64,000 nt of DNA, from NCBI GenBank assembly GCA_038087875.1, contig JAXLNO010000226.1, positions 62,001 through 126,000 of the forward strand, in the 5' to 3' direction. The DNA comes from Malacoraja senta. Lineage: Eukaryota. Both the position numbers and the translations under genes were made by a program. The notes below the pieces were generated by a model, which had not been told where the DNA came from, did no database searches, and saw only the letters and a program-made list of their open reading frames with translations. Of this stretch, positions 38,232 through 50,388 are shown one piece after another; within the stretch, counting starts at the first letter, position 1, and each line of letters starts with the position of its first letter.

Positions 38232-38951
38232 GGACATCCCCATAGACAAAGTCCAATGTCCTCAATGGGGTAGAGGTGAATCGGACAGCATCCTAGTTCA
38301 ACGGTTCTTTATGTCACTGTGCAGAGCATACATGATAATAAAGAACCATTGGACCATTATAGAAGGACCGTTCAGATAACAGAGGGGAAGAAGCTGTTCT
38401 TGAGTCTGGTGGTGCGCGCTTTCAAGCTTCTGTACCTTCTGTCGACGGGGAGTGGGGAGAAGAAGGAATGACCGGGGTGGGTTGGGTTTAGTTCAAGAAG
38501 GAACTGTAGATGCTGGAAAATCGAAGGTAGACCAAATTGCTGGAGAAACTTAGCGGGTGAGGCAGCATCTATGGAGCGAAGGAAATAGGCGACATTTCGG
38601 GCCGAAACCCTTGGGTTTCGGCAAGAAAAGTTGCCTTTTTCCTTCGCTCCATAGATGCTGCCTCACCCTCTGAGATTCTCCAGCATTTTTGTCTACCTTG
38701 GGTTTAGTTCAGATGTGTATAATTTAGTTTATTTTATTGTCACGTGTCTCAAGATACAGGAAAAATACTTTTAGCGCGTGCTTAGGAACGGGGCACCGAT
38801 TATGGATGATCAGCCATGATCACAATGAGTGGTTCGAAGGGCCGAATGGCCTACTCCTGCACCTATTGTCTGTAACAAGTCAGCGGAAAGACGATGCATG
38901 ATCACAATGCAATAAAGAAAAAACTGTGAATGCTTTCATTTTTGTTTTCAC

Positions 38952-39064
38952 CTTGTGCTATCCGTAGTTTGACTTCAAGGTCCACAGGGGTGGAGACCAC
39001 AGACTTGGTGAGAACAAGCACATTCTCCAGACCAATCACCACAACTAGATAGGGGAAGATCTCT
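38952..39064 (-). CDS. SCAP: SCAP coding exon 9 equivalent (113 bp), sterol-sensing domain
   Basis: [37 protein letters not shown](G); acceptor tcacag, donor gtgaa. Confidence 0.97.
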
Positions 39065-39211
39065 CTGTGAAAAGCAAAAACAAATGCATTGGGAACATCA
39101 CAGACTTTAGATATCCATAACTTGAAAAAAATGCCTTGTAATCTCATTGCAATCCTGCACCCAATAAATATCTTTCAAGAACAGAGCAGATAATCCAGAA
39201 TTGTGGCTCTA

Positions 39212-39833
39212 AGGGCCTGTCCCACTTTCCCCGAGTTACTCACGAATTCTCCCGAGTTTAAAAAAAAATCAAACTCGTGGTAAGCACGTAGAATGTACGT
39301 AGCGGGTACGTCGGAGCTCGTGGACGTCTCTTAGCGGCTCGTAACGCTAACGGCAGGTACTCGGGAAACACGGTAAGCTCGTGATAACTCGTGAAGATTT
39401 TTCAACATGTTGAAAAATGGCCACGAAAGCCCCGAGTACCTACGAGCGGCTATTACTGTAATTCTCCGAGTTCGAATCAGGGGAAACTCGGGAGAATGCT
39501 TGAATAAGCTCGTACAGTGGGACAGCCCCATTAAGGGCCTGTCCCACTTTCCCGAGTTACTCACGAATTCTCCAGAGTTTTCCCCTTGATTCAAACTCGG
39601 AGAATTACGGTAATAGCCAGCCGTAGGTACTTGGGGCTATTTATTTTTACTCGTGGACATTTTTCAACATGTTGAAAAAATGTCCCGACTTACCTGATGC
39701 CCCGAGTACCTACGGCTGGCATTTCGAGCCGCTACAAAATATCTACGGACTCCTCCAGACATTCTCCGAGTTTGAATCAAGGGGAAAACACGGGAGAATT
39801 CGTCAGTAACTCGGGAAAGTGTGGAGAGACCCT
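39212..39833. mobile_element. Two adjacent Harbinger-like MITEs
   Basis: AGGGCCTGTCCCACTT termini at about 39212 and 39534, separated by TTA; internal CTCGGGAG/CTCCCGAG repeats. Confidence 0.75.
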
Positions 39834-41529
39834 TTACTTTGCTTCCTTGAACATCATGATATTGAACTGATGACAAAGTAACTGCCTCCCTACGTTGGGC
39901 AGCTTACAACCCAGCGGTATGAATATTGATTTCTCTAATTTCAAGTAAGCCTTGTATTCCCCCTCTCTCCATCCCTCCCCCACCCTGGTCTTCCTGCTAG
40001 TTCCACTGTTCACATCCATATATCCCTTTGTTATCACCTCTTCCACAGCCAACAATGGACCATTGTGGGCTCCAATTTTCCTTGGTCATCGGTGCGAGCT
40101 CTGATTTGTTCTGAACCGTTTAGTTTAGAGATACAGCAAGGAAATGGGCCCTTCGGCCCACCGCCGACCAGCGATCCCTGCACATTAACACTTTCCTACA
40201 TCCACTGGGGACAATTTTTACATTTACACCAAGCCAATTAACCTGCAAACCTGTACGTCTTTGAAGTGTGGGGGGAAACCGAAGATCTCGGAGAAAACCC
40301 ATGCAGGTCACGGGGAGAACGTACAAACTTCGTACAGACAGACAGCACCCGTAGTCGGGATGGAACCCGGTTCTCCAGCGCTATATTCGCTGTTAGGCAG
40401 CAACTCTACCGCTGCGTCACCGTGACCACCCTTTTCATCTCTCTAGGGTCCTTCTCTACCGAGTCTCAGTCTGACGAAGGGTCTCGACACGAAACGTCAC
40501 CCGTTCCTTTACTCCAGAGTCGTTGCCTGACCCGCTGAATTACTTCAGCACTCTGTGAAACGTTACCTATCCATGTTCTCCACAGATGCTGCCTGACCCG
40601 CTGAGTTACTCCAGCACTCACCTATTGCCCTTTGTGGACCAATTTGCCCATGTTGACCAAGGTCTGAAGAAGGGTTTCGGCCCGAAACGTTGCCTATTTC
40701 GTTCGCTCCATAGATGTTGCTGCACCTGCTGAGTTTCTCCAACACTTTTGTCTACCTTTGACCAAGATTCCCTATCTACGCTAGTTCCACGTGCCCGCGT
40801 TTGGCCTATCCAATAACGAGTCACTTGCTACTCCAATTCCGATCGCTAAAGGCAGGTAAGCTCGGGAAGACTCGTGAAGATTTTTCAACATGTTGAAAAA
40901 TGTCCACGAGAGCCCCGAGTACCGACGAGTGGCCATTACCGTAAATCTCCGAGTTCAAATCAGGGCAAATTCGGGAGAACTCTTGGAATGAACTCGTACC
41001 GTGGGACAGGGGTTTGAGGCTCTGTTTCATTGTGGGCCTGAGGGATATTACGCCAATTTAAAACTACTACTGGGCCTGTACTTGCTTTGAGTTTAGAAGA
41101 ATGAGGGGGGAACCTCATTGAAACATACAGAATAATCAAAAGCTTGGATAGAGTGGATGTGGAGAGGATGTTTCCACTAGTGGGAGAGTCTAGGACCAGA
41201 GGCCACAGCCTCAGAATTAAAGGACGTTCTTTTAGGAAGGAGATTAGGAGAAATTTATTTAGTCAGAGGGTGGTGAATCTGTGAAATTCTTTGCCACAGA
41301 CGGCTGTGGAGGCCAAGTCAATGGATATGTTTAAGGCAGAGATAGATAGTTTCTTGATTAGTACGTGTATCAGGGGTTATGTGGAGAAGGCAGGAGAATG
41401 GGGTTAGGAGGGAGAGATAGATCAGCCATGATTGAATGGAGGAGTACACGATGGGGCGAATGGCCTCATTCTTCTCCTATCATTTATGATTTTATGATAA
41501 ACACAAACTGTGGTCTCCTCTGTGTTACT

Positions 41530-41947
41530 CCTTACAATGGGCTTGCCCCCATCTACATCAAAAGTCTGCTTACCCACCACACCACCTCCAGGTCCTTCAG
41601 ATCAGCCGACTTGGGGTTACTGAACATCCTGCGGTCTAGGCATAAGCTCAGGAGCGACCGTGCCTTTGCGGTTGCAGCTCCTCGACAGTGGAACAGCTTC
41701 CCTCTTCCCATCAGAACTGTCCCCTCCATCGACTCCTTTAAGTCGAGACTTAAAACTCATCTTTACTCTCAAGCCTTTCTTGACGTCCTCTGAGGGAGGG
41801 CTATATGTATGTATTTATGTATGTACTTAATCTATGAACCACTGTTGTATAACGTTAGTACCTCCACCAATGTAAAGCACTTTGGTCAACGAGAGTTGTT
41901 TTTTAAATGTGCTATAGAAATAAAAGTGACTTGACTTGACTTGACTT
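41530..41947 (+). mobile_element. L2-clade LINE 3' fragment
   Basis: GLAPIYIKSLL..RSFRS..DRAFAVAAPRQWNSFP..FKSRLKTHLY; AATAAA and (GACTT)n tail. Confidence 0.8.
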
Positions 41948-42998
41948 ACAAGGGCAGCACAGTGGCGCAGCAGTAGAGTTGCTGTCTCACAGCGCCAGAG
42001 ACCCGGGTTCGAATCCGACACTGGGTGCTGTCTGTGCAGAGTTTGCACGTTCTCCCTGTGAAGGCGTGGGTTTGCTCCGGGCGCTCCGATCCCCACCCAC
42101 ATCCAAAAGACGGGCAGGTTTGCAGGTTAATTGGCTTCTGTAAATTGCCCCCTCGTGTGCAGGACGCTAAAGTGGGAAAACATGCGACTAGTGTGTGGGT
42201 GGGTGATCGCTGGCCGGCGTGGACTTGGTGGGCTGAAGGGACTGCTCCCACGCTGCTCCAAACTAAACGTATACAATTCTGGCACATTGGAAGCTGAATG
42301 CATTCATGCATTAATAGACAAAAGCCAATAGTCAATAGACGCAGGAGTAGGCCATTTGGCCCTTCGAGCCAGCACCGCCATTCAATGTGATCATGGCTGA
42401 TCATCCCCAATCAGTACCCTGTTCCTGCCTTCTCCCCATATCCCCTGACTCCGCTATCTTTAAGAGCCCTATCTAGCTCTCTCTTGAAAGCATCCAGAGA
42501 ACCTGCCTCCACCGCCCTCTGAGGCAGAGAATTCCACAGACTCACCACTCTGTGAGAAAAAGTGTTTCCTCGTCTCCGTTCTAAATGGCTTACCCCTTAT
42601 TCTTAAACTGTGGCCCCTGGTTCTGGATTCCCCCAACATCGGGAACATGTTTCCTGCCTCTAGCGTGTCCAAACCCTTAACAATCTTATATGTTTCAATG
42701 AGATTCCCTCTCATCCTTCTAAACTCCAGAGTGCACAAGCCCAGCTGCTCCATTCTCTCAGCATATGACATAATGAAACCATATGAAAACAACAAACACT
42801 ATTAAGAACTGCAGATGCTGGAAAAATCGAAGGTAGACAAAAATGCTGGAGAAACTCAGCGGGTGAGGCAGCATCTATGATGCTGCCTCACCCGTTGAGT
42901 TTCTCCTGCATTTTTGTCTACCTTCAATTTTTCCATCATCTGCAGTTCTTTCTTAAACAAAACTATTAATGATGTAAGTTGTGGATTTGATCACTTAC

Positions 42999-43125
42999 CC
43001 TCCATTCAACGTCGGTGTAAGGCCAAAGAGTGTGCATAGACCAACTGACATAAGAAGGGAACTCAGAACAGTGGCCACTGCTGCAAGAGCCAGACCCCAT
43101 TTTGATTTCACCATGTCGATCTTCC
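42999..43125 (-). CDS. SCAP: SCAP coding exon 8 equivalent (127 bp), sterol-sensing domain
   Basis: (R)[41 protein letters not shown](G), translated by hand; acceptor ttgcag, donor gtaag. Confidence 0.97.
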
Positions 43126-43244
43126 CTGCAAATTACAACATAACGTACAAAATGGATGACACACTGGGCGTTGATCAACACTTCATAATTTTTAAAGACA
43201 GAAAAACGAAGCTATTGTTTGGCTACACTTGGAAATGCTGCACT

Positions 43245-43833
43245 TGTCGCTTTACCTCCCCCTCCCTTGACTTCATCCGAGGACCCAAGCAGTCTTTCCA
43301 GGTGCGGCAGGCGTTCACCTGCACCTCCTCCAACCTCATCTATTGCATCGACTGCTCTAGGAGTCAGCTGCTCTACATCGGTGACACCAAGCGTAGGCTT
43401 GGCGATCGCTTTGCCCAACACCTCCGCTCGGTTCGCACTAACCAACCTGATCTCCCGGTGGCTCAGCACTTCAACTCCCCCTCCCATTCCGTATCCAACC
43501 TTTCTGTCCTGGGCCTCCTCCATGGCCAGAGTGAGGCTCACCGTAAATTAGAGGAGCAGCATGTCATATTTCACTTGGGTAGTTTACACCCCAGCGGTAT
43601 GAACATTGACTTCTCCAATTTCAGGTAGTCCTTGCTTTCTCCCTCCTTCCCCTCCCCTTCCCAGCTCTCCCACAGCCCACTGTCTCCGCCTCTTCCTTTC
43701 TTCTTCCCGCCCCCCCCCCACCCCCACATCAGTCTGAAGAAGGAGTCTCGACCCGAAACGTCGCCTATTCCTTCGCTCCATAGACGCTGCCACACCCGCT
43801 GAGTTTCTCCAGCATTTTTGTCTACCTTCGATT
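43245..43833 (+). mobile_element. Penelope-like element 3' fragment: GIY-YIG endonuclease plus terminal repeat
   Basis: CTSSNLIYCIDCSRSQLLYIGDTKRRLGDRFAQH...PSGMNIDFSNFR* followed by the same pyrimidine-rich UTR and terminal repeat seen throughout the window. Confidence 0.88.
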
Positions 43834-43949
43834 ATTTGGCTATATTCACACAAAGATAATGCTGCATAATGTAATTGCCACAACGTACTGAGAAATAAAT
43901 GTTGAGGGGAGACCGGGTTTGAGTTTAGTTTATTGTCACATGTATCGAG

Positions 43950-45170
43950 CAGGCACGTGCAGTCAGGGTAGGCAAGGTAGGCAGTGCCTACCCTGAATAA
44001 AATTATAAACTGGTCATTATTAAATATAAATAGTAAAGGCACGGGAGAATTCTGCTTACCTAAGAGATCGATCTATGAGGTAGGCATAATTCTCCCGTGC
44101 CTTTAATCCGCAGTACATTTAACACGCGGAAGTATGTGCTACTCGCGTGCCATCGACGCTGCTTCAAGCCTTCAGTGGCAACGGTCCATAAAGGCAGCTG
44201 AAATTCTGTCTTTACACCGTGGACTGCGTGTATGTGCTGCACAGTATCGTACTGCGCATGCGTAGCGCAGGTTTCTTTTAAAAGCCGACTGACATTGTAT
44301 TCACTGGAGTTTAGAAGGATGAGGGGATATCTTATAGAAACATATAAAATTATAAAAGGACTGGACAAGCTAGATGCAGGAAAAATGTTCCCAATGTTGG
44401 GCGAGTCCAGAACCAGGGGCCACAGTCTTAGAATAATTCAATTCAATTCAATCTTTAATTGTCATTGTGCAGTGTACAGTACAGAGACAACGAAATGCAG
44501 TTAGCAACTCACCCAGAAGAGCGAACTTAGGAATAATGAGCAGTAAAATATATATATATACACAGCAGTATAAGTAGTGCAATTTTTCTGGGGGAAGGAG
44601 TGTCCGGGGGGGGGTGGTGACTGGCAATCACCGAGGTGCAGAGTTCAGTAGTGTAACAGCCGCAGGGAAGAAGCTGTTCCTGAACCTGCTGGTTCGGCAA
44701 CGGAGGGACCTGAAGCGCCTCCCGGATGGGAGGAGGGTAAACAGTCTGTGGCTGGGGTGAGAGCAGTCCAAAGGGGAGGTCATTTAAGACTGAGGTGAGA
44801 AAAAACTTTTTCACCCAGAGAGTTGAGAATTTGTGGAATTCCCTGCCACAGAGGGCAGTGGAGGCCAAGTCACAGGATGGATTTAAGAGAGTTAGATAGA
44901 GCAATAGGGGCTGGTGGAGTCAAGGGATATGGGGAGAAGGCAGGCACGGGTTATTGATAGGGGACGATCAGCCATGATCACAATGAATGGCGGTGCTGGC
45001 TCGAAGAGCCGAATGGCCTCCACCTGCACCTATTTTCTATGTAACTCTATCTATGACAGCTCACCGGGGAGAGAACAATCTGCGCATGCCAAGTTTTCAA
45101 GATTTTTAAAAGCCGACTGACCAAAGATACTGACTGCCTACCCTGACTAATTGCTCACGGCACGTGCCTG
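43950..45170. mobile_element. Non-autonomous hAT-type transposon with nested CR1 (about 44293-45055), itself carrying a Rex1-like tail (about 44437-44770)
   Basis: Perfect 11-bp TIR CAGGCACGTGC; perfect 8-bp TSD GTATCGAG at 43942-43949 and 45171-45178; subterminal GTAGGCA repeats. Confidence 0.88.
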
Positions 45171-45596
45171 GTATCGAGGTACAGTGAAAAGCTTTTGTTA
45201 GAAGTAGATGCTATATAAGAACCGCTGTCGGGAGGGGGAGAGGGGACAAAAGGAAGCGTCGGCGTGCTTTGTAACTTTGTCAAGCAAACAATGTCACTGT
45301 TAGACACAAAATGCTGGTGTAACTCAGCGGGACAGGCCACATCTCAAGAATTTCACTGTGCCTTGTCACGTGTGCTCTTAGCTCCTAGGGCTAGCGGAGT
45401 CAGGGGATATGGGGAGAAGGCAGGAACGGGGTACTGATTGGGGATGATCAGCCATGATCACATTAAATGGCGGTGCTGGCTCGAAGGGCCGAATGGCCTA
45501 CTCCTGCACCTATTGTCCATGTATCTAAGTATCTATGTGTGACAATAAAGTATTTTATTCCATTCCAAATTATGAGAGACATTAGATAGGTTAGAT

Positions 45597-45796
45597 NNNN
45601 NNNNNNNNNNNNNNNNNNNNNNNNNNNNNNNNNNNNNNNNNNNNNNNNNNNNNNNNNNNNNNNNNNNNNNNNNNNNNNNNNNNNNNNNNNNNNNNNNNNN
45701 NNNNNNNNNNNNNNNNNNNNNNNNNNNNNNNNNNNNNNNNNNNNNNNNNNNNNNNNNNNNNNNNNNNNNNNNNNNNNNNNNNNNNNNNNNNNNNNN
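45597..45796. other. Assembly gap (200 N) in SCAP intron 7
   Basis: Run of N; exons 7 and 8 on either side join in frame, so no conserved exon needs to lie in it. Confidence 0.99.
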
Positions 45797-48075
45797 TCCC
45801 CGCATTTTGCCTGCATTTACCAAGCCAATTAACCTACAAACCTGTACGTCTTTGGAGTGTGGGAGGAAACCAAAGATCTCGGAGAAAACCCACGCAGGTC
45901 ACGGGGTAGAACGTACAAACTCCGTACAGACAGCACCCGTAGTCAGGATTGAACCCGGGTCTCCGATGCTGCATTCGCTGTTAGGCAGCAACTCTACCGC
46001 TGCGCCACCGTGACCACCCCTGTGTGGGGCTTGTTTTTTTGTTTACACAGTTAGCAGTGGGTGTCATGAACATGCTAACAGGTGGTGGTGGGTGCCAGGA
46101 ATGTGCGGCCATGAGGGCAGGTGGAGGCAGACAAAATAGCAGCATCGATGAGGCATGTGGAAACGCAGAGTATGGAGGGGGATATGGATCACGTGCAGGC
46201 AGAGGAGATTTACTTTAACTTGGCATCATGTTTGGCACGGACATTGTGGGCTGAAGGGCCTGTTCCTGTGCTGTACTGTTCTACGGTCTGAAGAAGGGTC
46301 TCGACCCGAAACGTCACTCATCCCTTCTCTCCAGAGTTGCTGCCTGTCCCGCTGAGTTACATAGAAACATAGAAAATAGGTGCAGGAGGAGGCCATTCGG
46401 CTCTTCGAGCCAGTATCATGGCTGATCATCCCCAATCAATAACCCGTGCCTGCCTTCTCCCCATATCCCCTGATTCCACCAGCCCCTAGAGCTCTATCTA
46501 ACTCCAGCTAGTTACTCCAGCTTTATGTGTCTATCTTCTGTTCTGTGTAACCAGAGTTCACTAATGGTGAGAAAGGTTTTGTATAGTTTTGAGAAACATC
46601 ATGGAACAGGCCCTTCGGCCCACCGAGTCCGCACCGACCAGCGATCTCCGCACACTCAAAAGATGGCACAAATGGAATGGATCAAGTTGGGATAGCATGA
46701 TTTAAATACATCGATATCTTTGAAGAATTTTAAGAATAAGGAGTAAGCCATTTAGAACGGAGACGAGGAAACACTTTTTCTCACAGAGAGTGGTGAGTCT
46801 GTGGAATTCTCTGCTTCAGAGGGCGGTGGAGGCTGGTTCTCTGGATACTTTCAAGAGAGAGCTAGATAGGGCTCTTAAAAATAGCGGAGTCAGGGGATAT
46901 GGGGAGAAGGCAGGAACGGGGTACTGATTGGGGATGATCAGCCATGATCACATTGAATAGCGGTGGTGGCTCGAATGGCCGAATGGCCTCCTCCTGCACC
47001 TATTGTCTATTGTCTGTCTAAGACAGCTAAATTGATATCTTTTGAGAAGATAGAGACAAATGTTTTGGACAAATATTGTCTTTTTTCAGGGCCATCAGGA
47101 GAAGTTATTTCATGGGGTGACAGCATCATAAATGGTGATGGGAGGGCAAGAGTGACCAACTCTAGATATATTGAAAGTATAACAATCGCAGGTCCTGGAA
47201 AACTAAACCGCGGGCAACACAAAGGCGCAGGTGGAGAGTTGCTGTCCTTTAAAGGGCCTGTCCCACTTAGGCGACTGCCAGGGACTAGTTTTAATGGAAT
47301 TCACCTACGACACCTGGCGACAACCTCCGACAGCAAGAATTATCGCCACTGTGGCCGAAAATCTTTCAACATGATGAAAATGTTACGGCAGTGGCCTCTA
47401 GTCACCAAACAATCGCCTAAGTGGGTCAGGCCCTTTACAGCGCTAGAGACCCGGGTTCCATCCTGACTGTGTGGAGTTTGTAGAGTCTGTGTGGAGTTTG
47501 TACGTTCTCCCTGTGACAGTGTGGGTTTCCTCTGGGTGCTCTGGTTTCCTCCCACATTCCAAAGACGTGCAGGTTTGTATGATAATTGGCTGCTGTAAAT
47601 TGGATAGAACTAGCGTACAGGTGATCGCTGGTTGGCGCGAACTCTCTAAACTAAACTAAGAACAGAGAATGCTGGAAATAGGAATGGAACACTTTATTGT
47701 CACATGCGACAAGTCACAGTGAGATTCGTTGCTTGTATACCCAATGTATACAAAGAGCGGCCACTTACAGCGCTGACAAAGTTACAAAGCACGCCGGCTC
47801 CTCCATTAATGTCCCCCCCCCTCCCCCCCCACTCCCCATTGTCCATAGTCCTTCCCCCTCCCTCACGGCAGTCCCCACAAGACAGGTCCTCCATTGTTCA
47901 CCCAGAGAGTTGTGAATCTGTGGAATTCTTTGCCACAGAAGGCAGTGGAGGCCGATTCACCGGATGTTTTCAAGAGAGTTCGATTTTGCTCTTAGGGCTA
48001 ACGGAATCAAGGGATATGGGGGGGAAAAGCAGGAACGGGGTACTGATTTTAGATGATCAGTCATGATCATATTGA

Positions 48076-48745
48076 ATGCAGGTACAGCAGGCAGTGAAGA
48101 AAGCGAATGGCATGTTGACCTTTATAACAAGAGGAATCGAATATAGGAGCAAAGAGGTCCTTCTGCAGTTGTACAGAGCCCTAGTGAGACCACACCTGGA
48201 GTATTGTGTGCAGTTTTGGTCCCCTAATTTGAGGAAGAACATTCTTGCTATTGAGGGTGTGCAGCGTAGGTTTACAAGGTTAATTCCCGGGATGGCGGGA
48301 CTGTCATATGCTGAGAGAATGGAGCAGGGCTTGTACATTCTAGAGTTTAGAAGGATGAGTGGGTATCTCATTGAAACATATAAGATTGTTAAGGGCTTGG
48401 ACACGCAGAGGCAGGAAACATGTTCCCGATGTTGGGGGAGTCCAGAACCAGGGGCCACAGTTTAAGAATAAGGAGTAAGCCATTTAGAACGGAGACGAGG
48501 AAACACTTTTTCTCACCGAGAGTGGTGATTCTGTGGAATTCTCTGCCTCAGAGGGCGGTGGAGGCAGGTTCTCTGGATGCTTTCAAGAGAGAGCTAGATA
48601 GGGCTCTTATAGATAGCAGAGTCAGGGGATATGAGGAGAAGGCAGGAACGGGGTACTGATTGGGGATGATCAGCCATGATCACATTGAATGGCGGTGCTG
48701 GCTCGAAGGGCCGAATGGCCTACTCCTGCACCTATTGTCTATTGA
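48076..48745 (+). mobile_element. CR1-clade LINE 3' fragment
   Basis: LYRALVRPHLEYCVQFWSP..; (CTATTGT)n tail. Confidence 0.88.
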
Positions 48746-50215
48746 ATGGCGATGCTGGCTCGAAGGCCGAATGGCCTACTCCTGCACCTATTTTACTATG
48801 TTTCTTCCCCTCCCCCCCAGATTAGTGAATAATGAATAGACCAGGTAGACAAAAGTGCTGGAGAAACTCAGCGGGTGAGGAAGCATCGATGGAGGGAAGG
48901 AAATAGGTGACGTTTCTGGTCTCGACCCGAAACGTCGCCTATTCCTTCGCTCCTTAGAAGCTGCCTCACCCGCTGAGTTTCTCCAGCATTTTTGTCTACC
49001 TTAGATTTTTCCAGCATCTGCAGTTCTTTCTTAAACAATGAATAGACCAGGACCCTTCTGTGAGAAGACAAACACTGCGACAAGCATTATAGTCCCATTG
49101 CCTGTTGCAGGTGTGGGATAAGCAGAGTGGTTGCCTCGAGTCAGGCTGGGGCTTTGCTCGCATCAGCTGTACACCAACTGAAGAAAGAGGACATTGAAAT
49201 GTTGTGATTTACGAGGATGTTGCCAGGACTCGAGGGTGTGAGCTATAGGGAGAGGTTGCGCAGGCTGCGACTCTATTCCTTGGAGCGCAGGAGGATGAGG
49301 GGTGATCTTCACCAGTTTAGTTTATTGTCACGTGAACCGAGATACATTGAAAAGCTTTGATCTCTGATCTCATAGAGCTGTACAAAATCACGAGAGGAAT
49401 AGATCGGGTGGACGTACAGGGAGTCTCTTGCCAAGAGAGTGGGAATCGAAAACCAGAGTGCACAGGTTTAATGTGAGAGGGGAAAGATTTAATAGAAATC
49501 CGAGGGGTAGCTTTTTCACACAAAGGGTGGTGGGTGTATGGAACGAGCGGCCAGAGAAGGTTGTTGAGGTAGAGACTATCGCAACCTTTAAGAAGCAATT
49601 AGACGGGTACATGGATAGGACAGGTTTAGAGGGATATGGGCCAAACGCAGATAAGTGGGACTAATGCAGCTGGGACATGTTGGTCGGTGCGGGCAAGTTG
49701 GGCGGAAGGGCCTGTTTCCACGCTGTATCACTCCATTACTATGAAATGGCTCAAATAAAGGCTGAATATACTGGAGATATTTTTAAGGTAGACAAAAAAT
49801 GCTGGAGAAACTCATCTATGGAGCGAAGGAAAAGGTGACGTTTCGGGTCGAGACCCTTCTTCAGACTGATGTGGGGGTGGGGTGGGGTAAGAAGAAAGGA
49901 AGAGGCGGAGACAGTGGGCTGTGGGAGACCTGGGAAGGGGAGGGGAAGGAGGGAGAAAGCAGGGACTACCTGAAATTGGAGAAGTCAATGTTCATACCAC
50001 TGGGGTGTAAACTACCCAAACGAACTATGAGGTGATGCTCCTCCAATTTAGCAGGTCAGGCACCATTTATGGAGAGAAAAAGGTAACATTTCTGATCAAT
50101 TCAGATTCCCAAACGATACGTGGAATTCCCAGTGTTCCTGGAAATTTCTGGTTTTTATTTCCAAGCGAAGTGCTTGTTAAACATTCTCCCGAGGAGATTC
50201 CAAATCCCAACTTAC

Positions 50216-50388
50216 TGGTAGAGAAGTAGATGTATGCGAAAAGAATGATGTAGGTAGTGACCAGAGGAATCAACTCAGCAATGCCAATTTCTTCTTTAAA
50301 ATGGACGTGGACGATCTGATCTTCTCTCAATGTGATGTTGGCACTCGGGTGAAGTTGCTTCAATCTCCATCGAAGACTCTTCAGAAAT
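50216..50388 (-). CDS. SCAP: SCAP coding exon 7 equivalent (173 bp), end of loop 1 and TM2 with YIYF
   Basis: [57 protein letters not shown]; acceptor tttcag, donor gtaag. Confidence 0.97.

Noticed and set aside
42981..43628. 215-aa ORF as a novel fusion endonuclease
   Set aside because: The N-terminal part is the antisense of SCAP exon 8 and intron; only the PLE GIY-YIG fragment is real coding sequence, and the ORF has no ATG at its start
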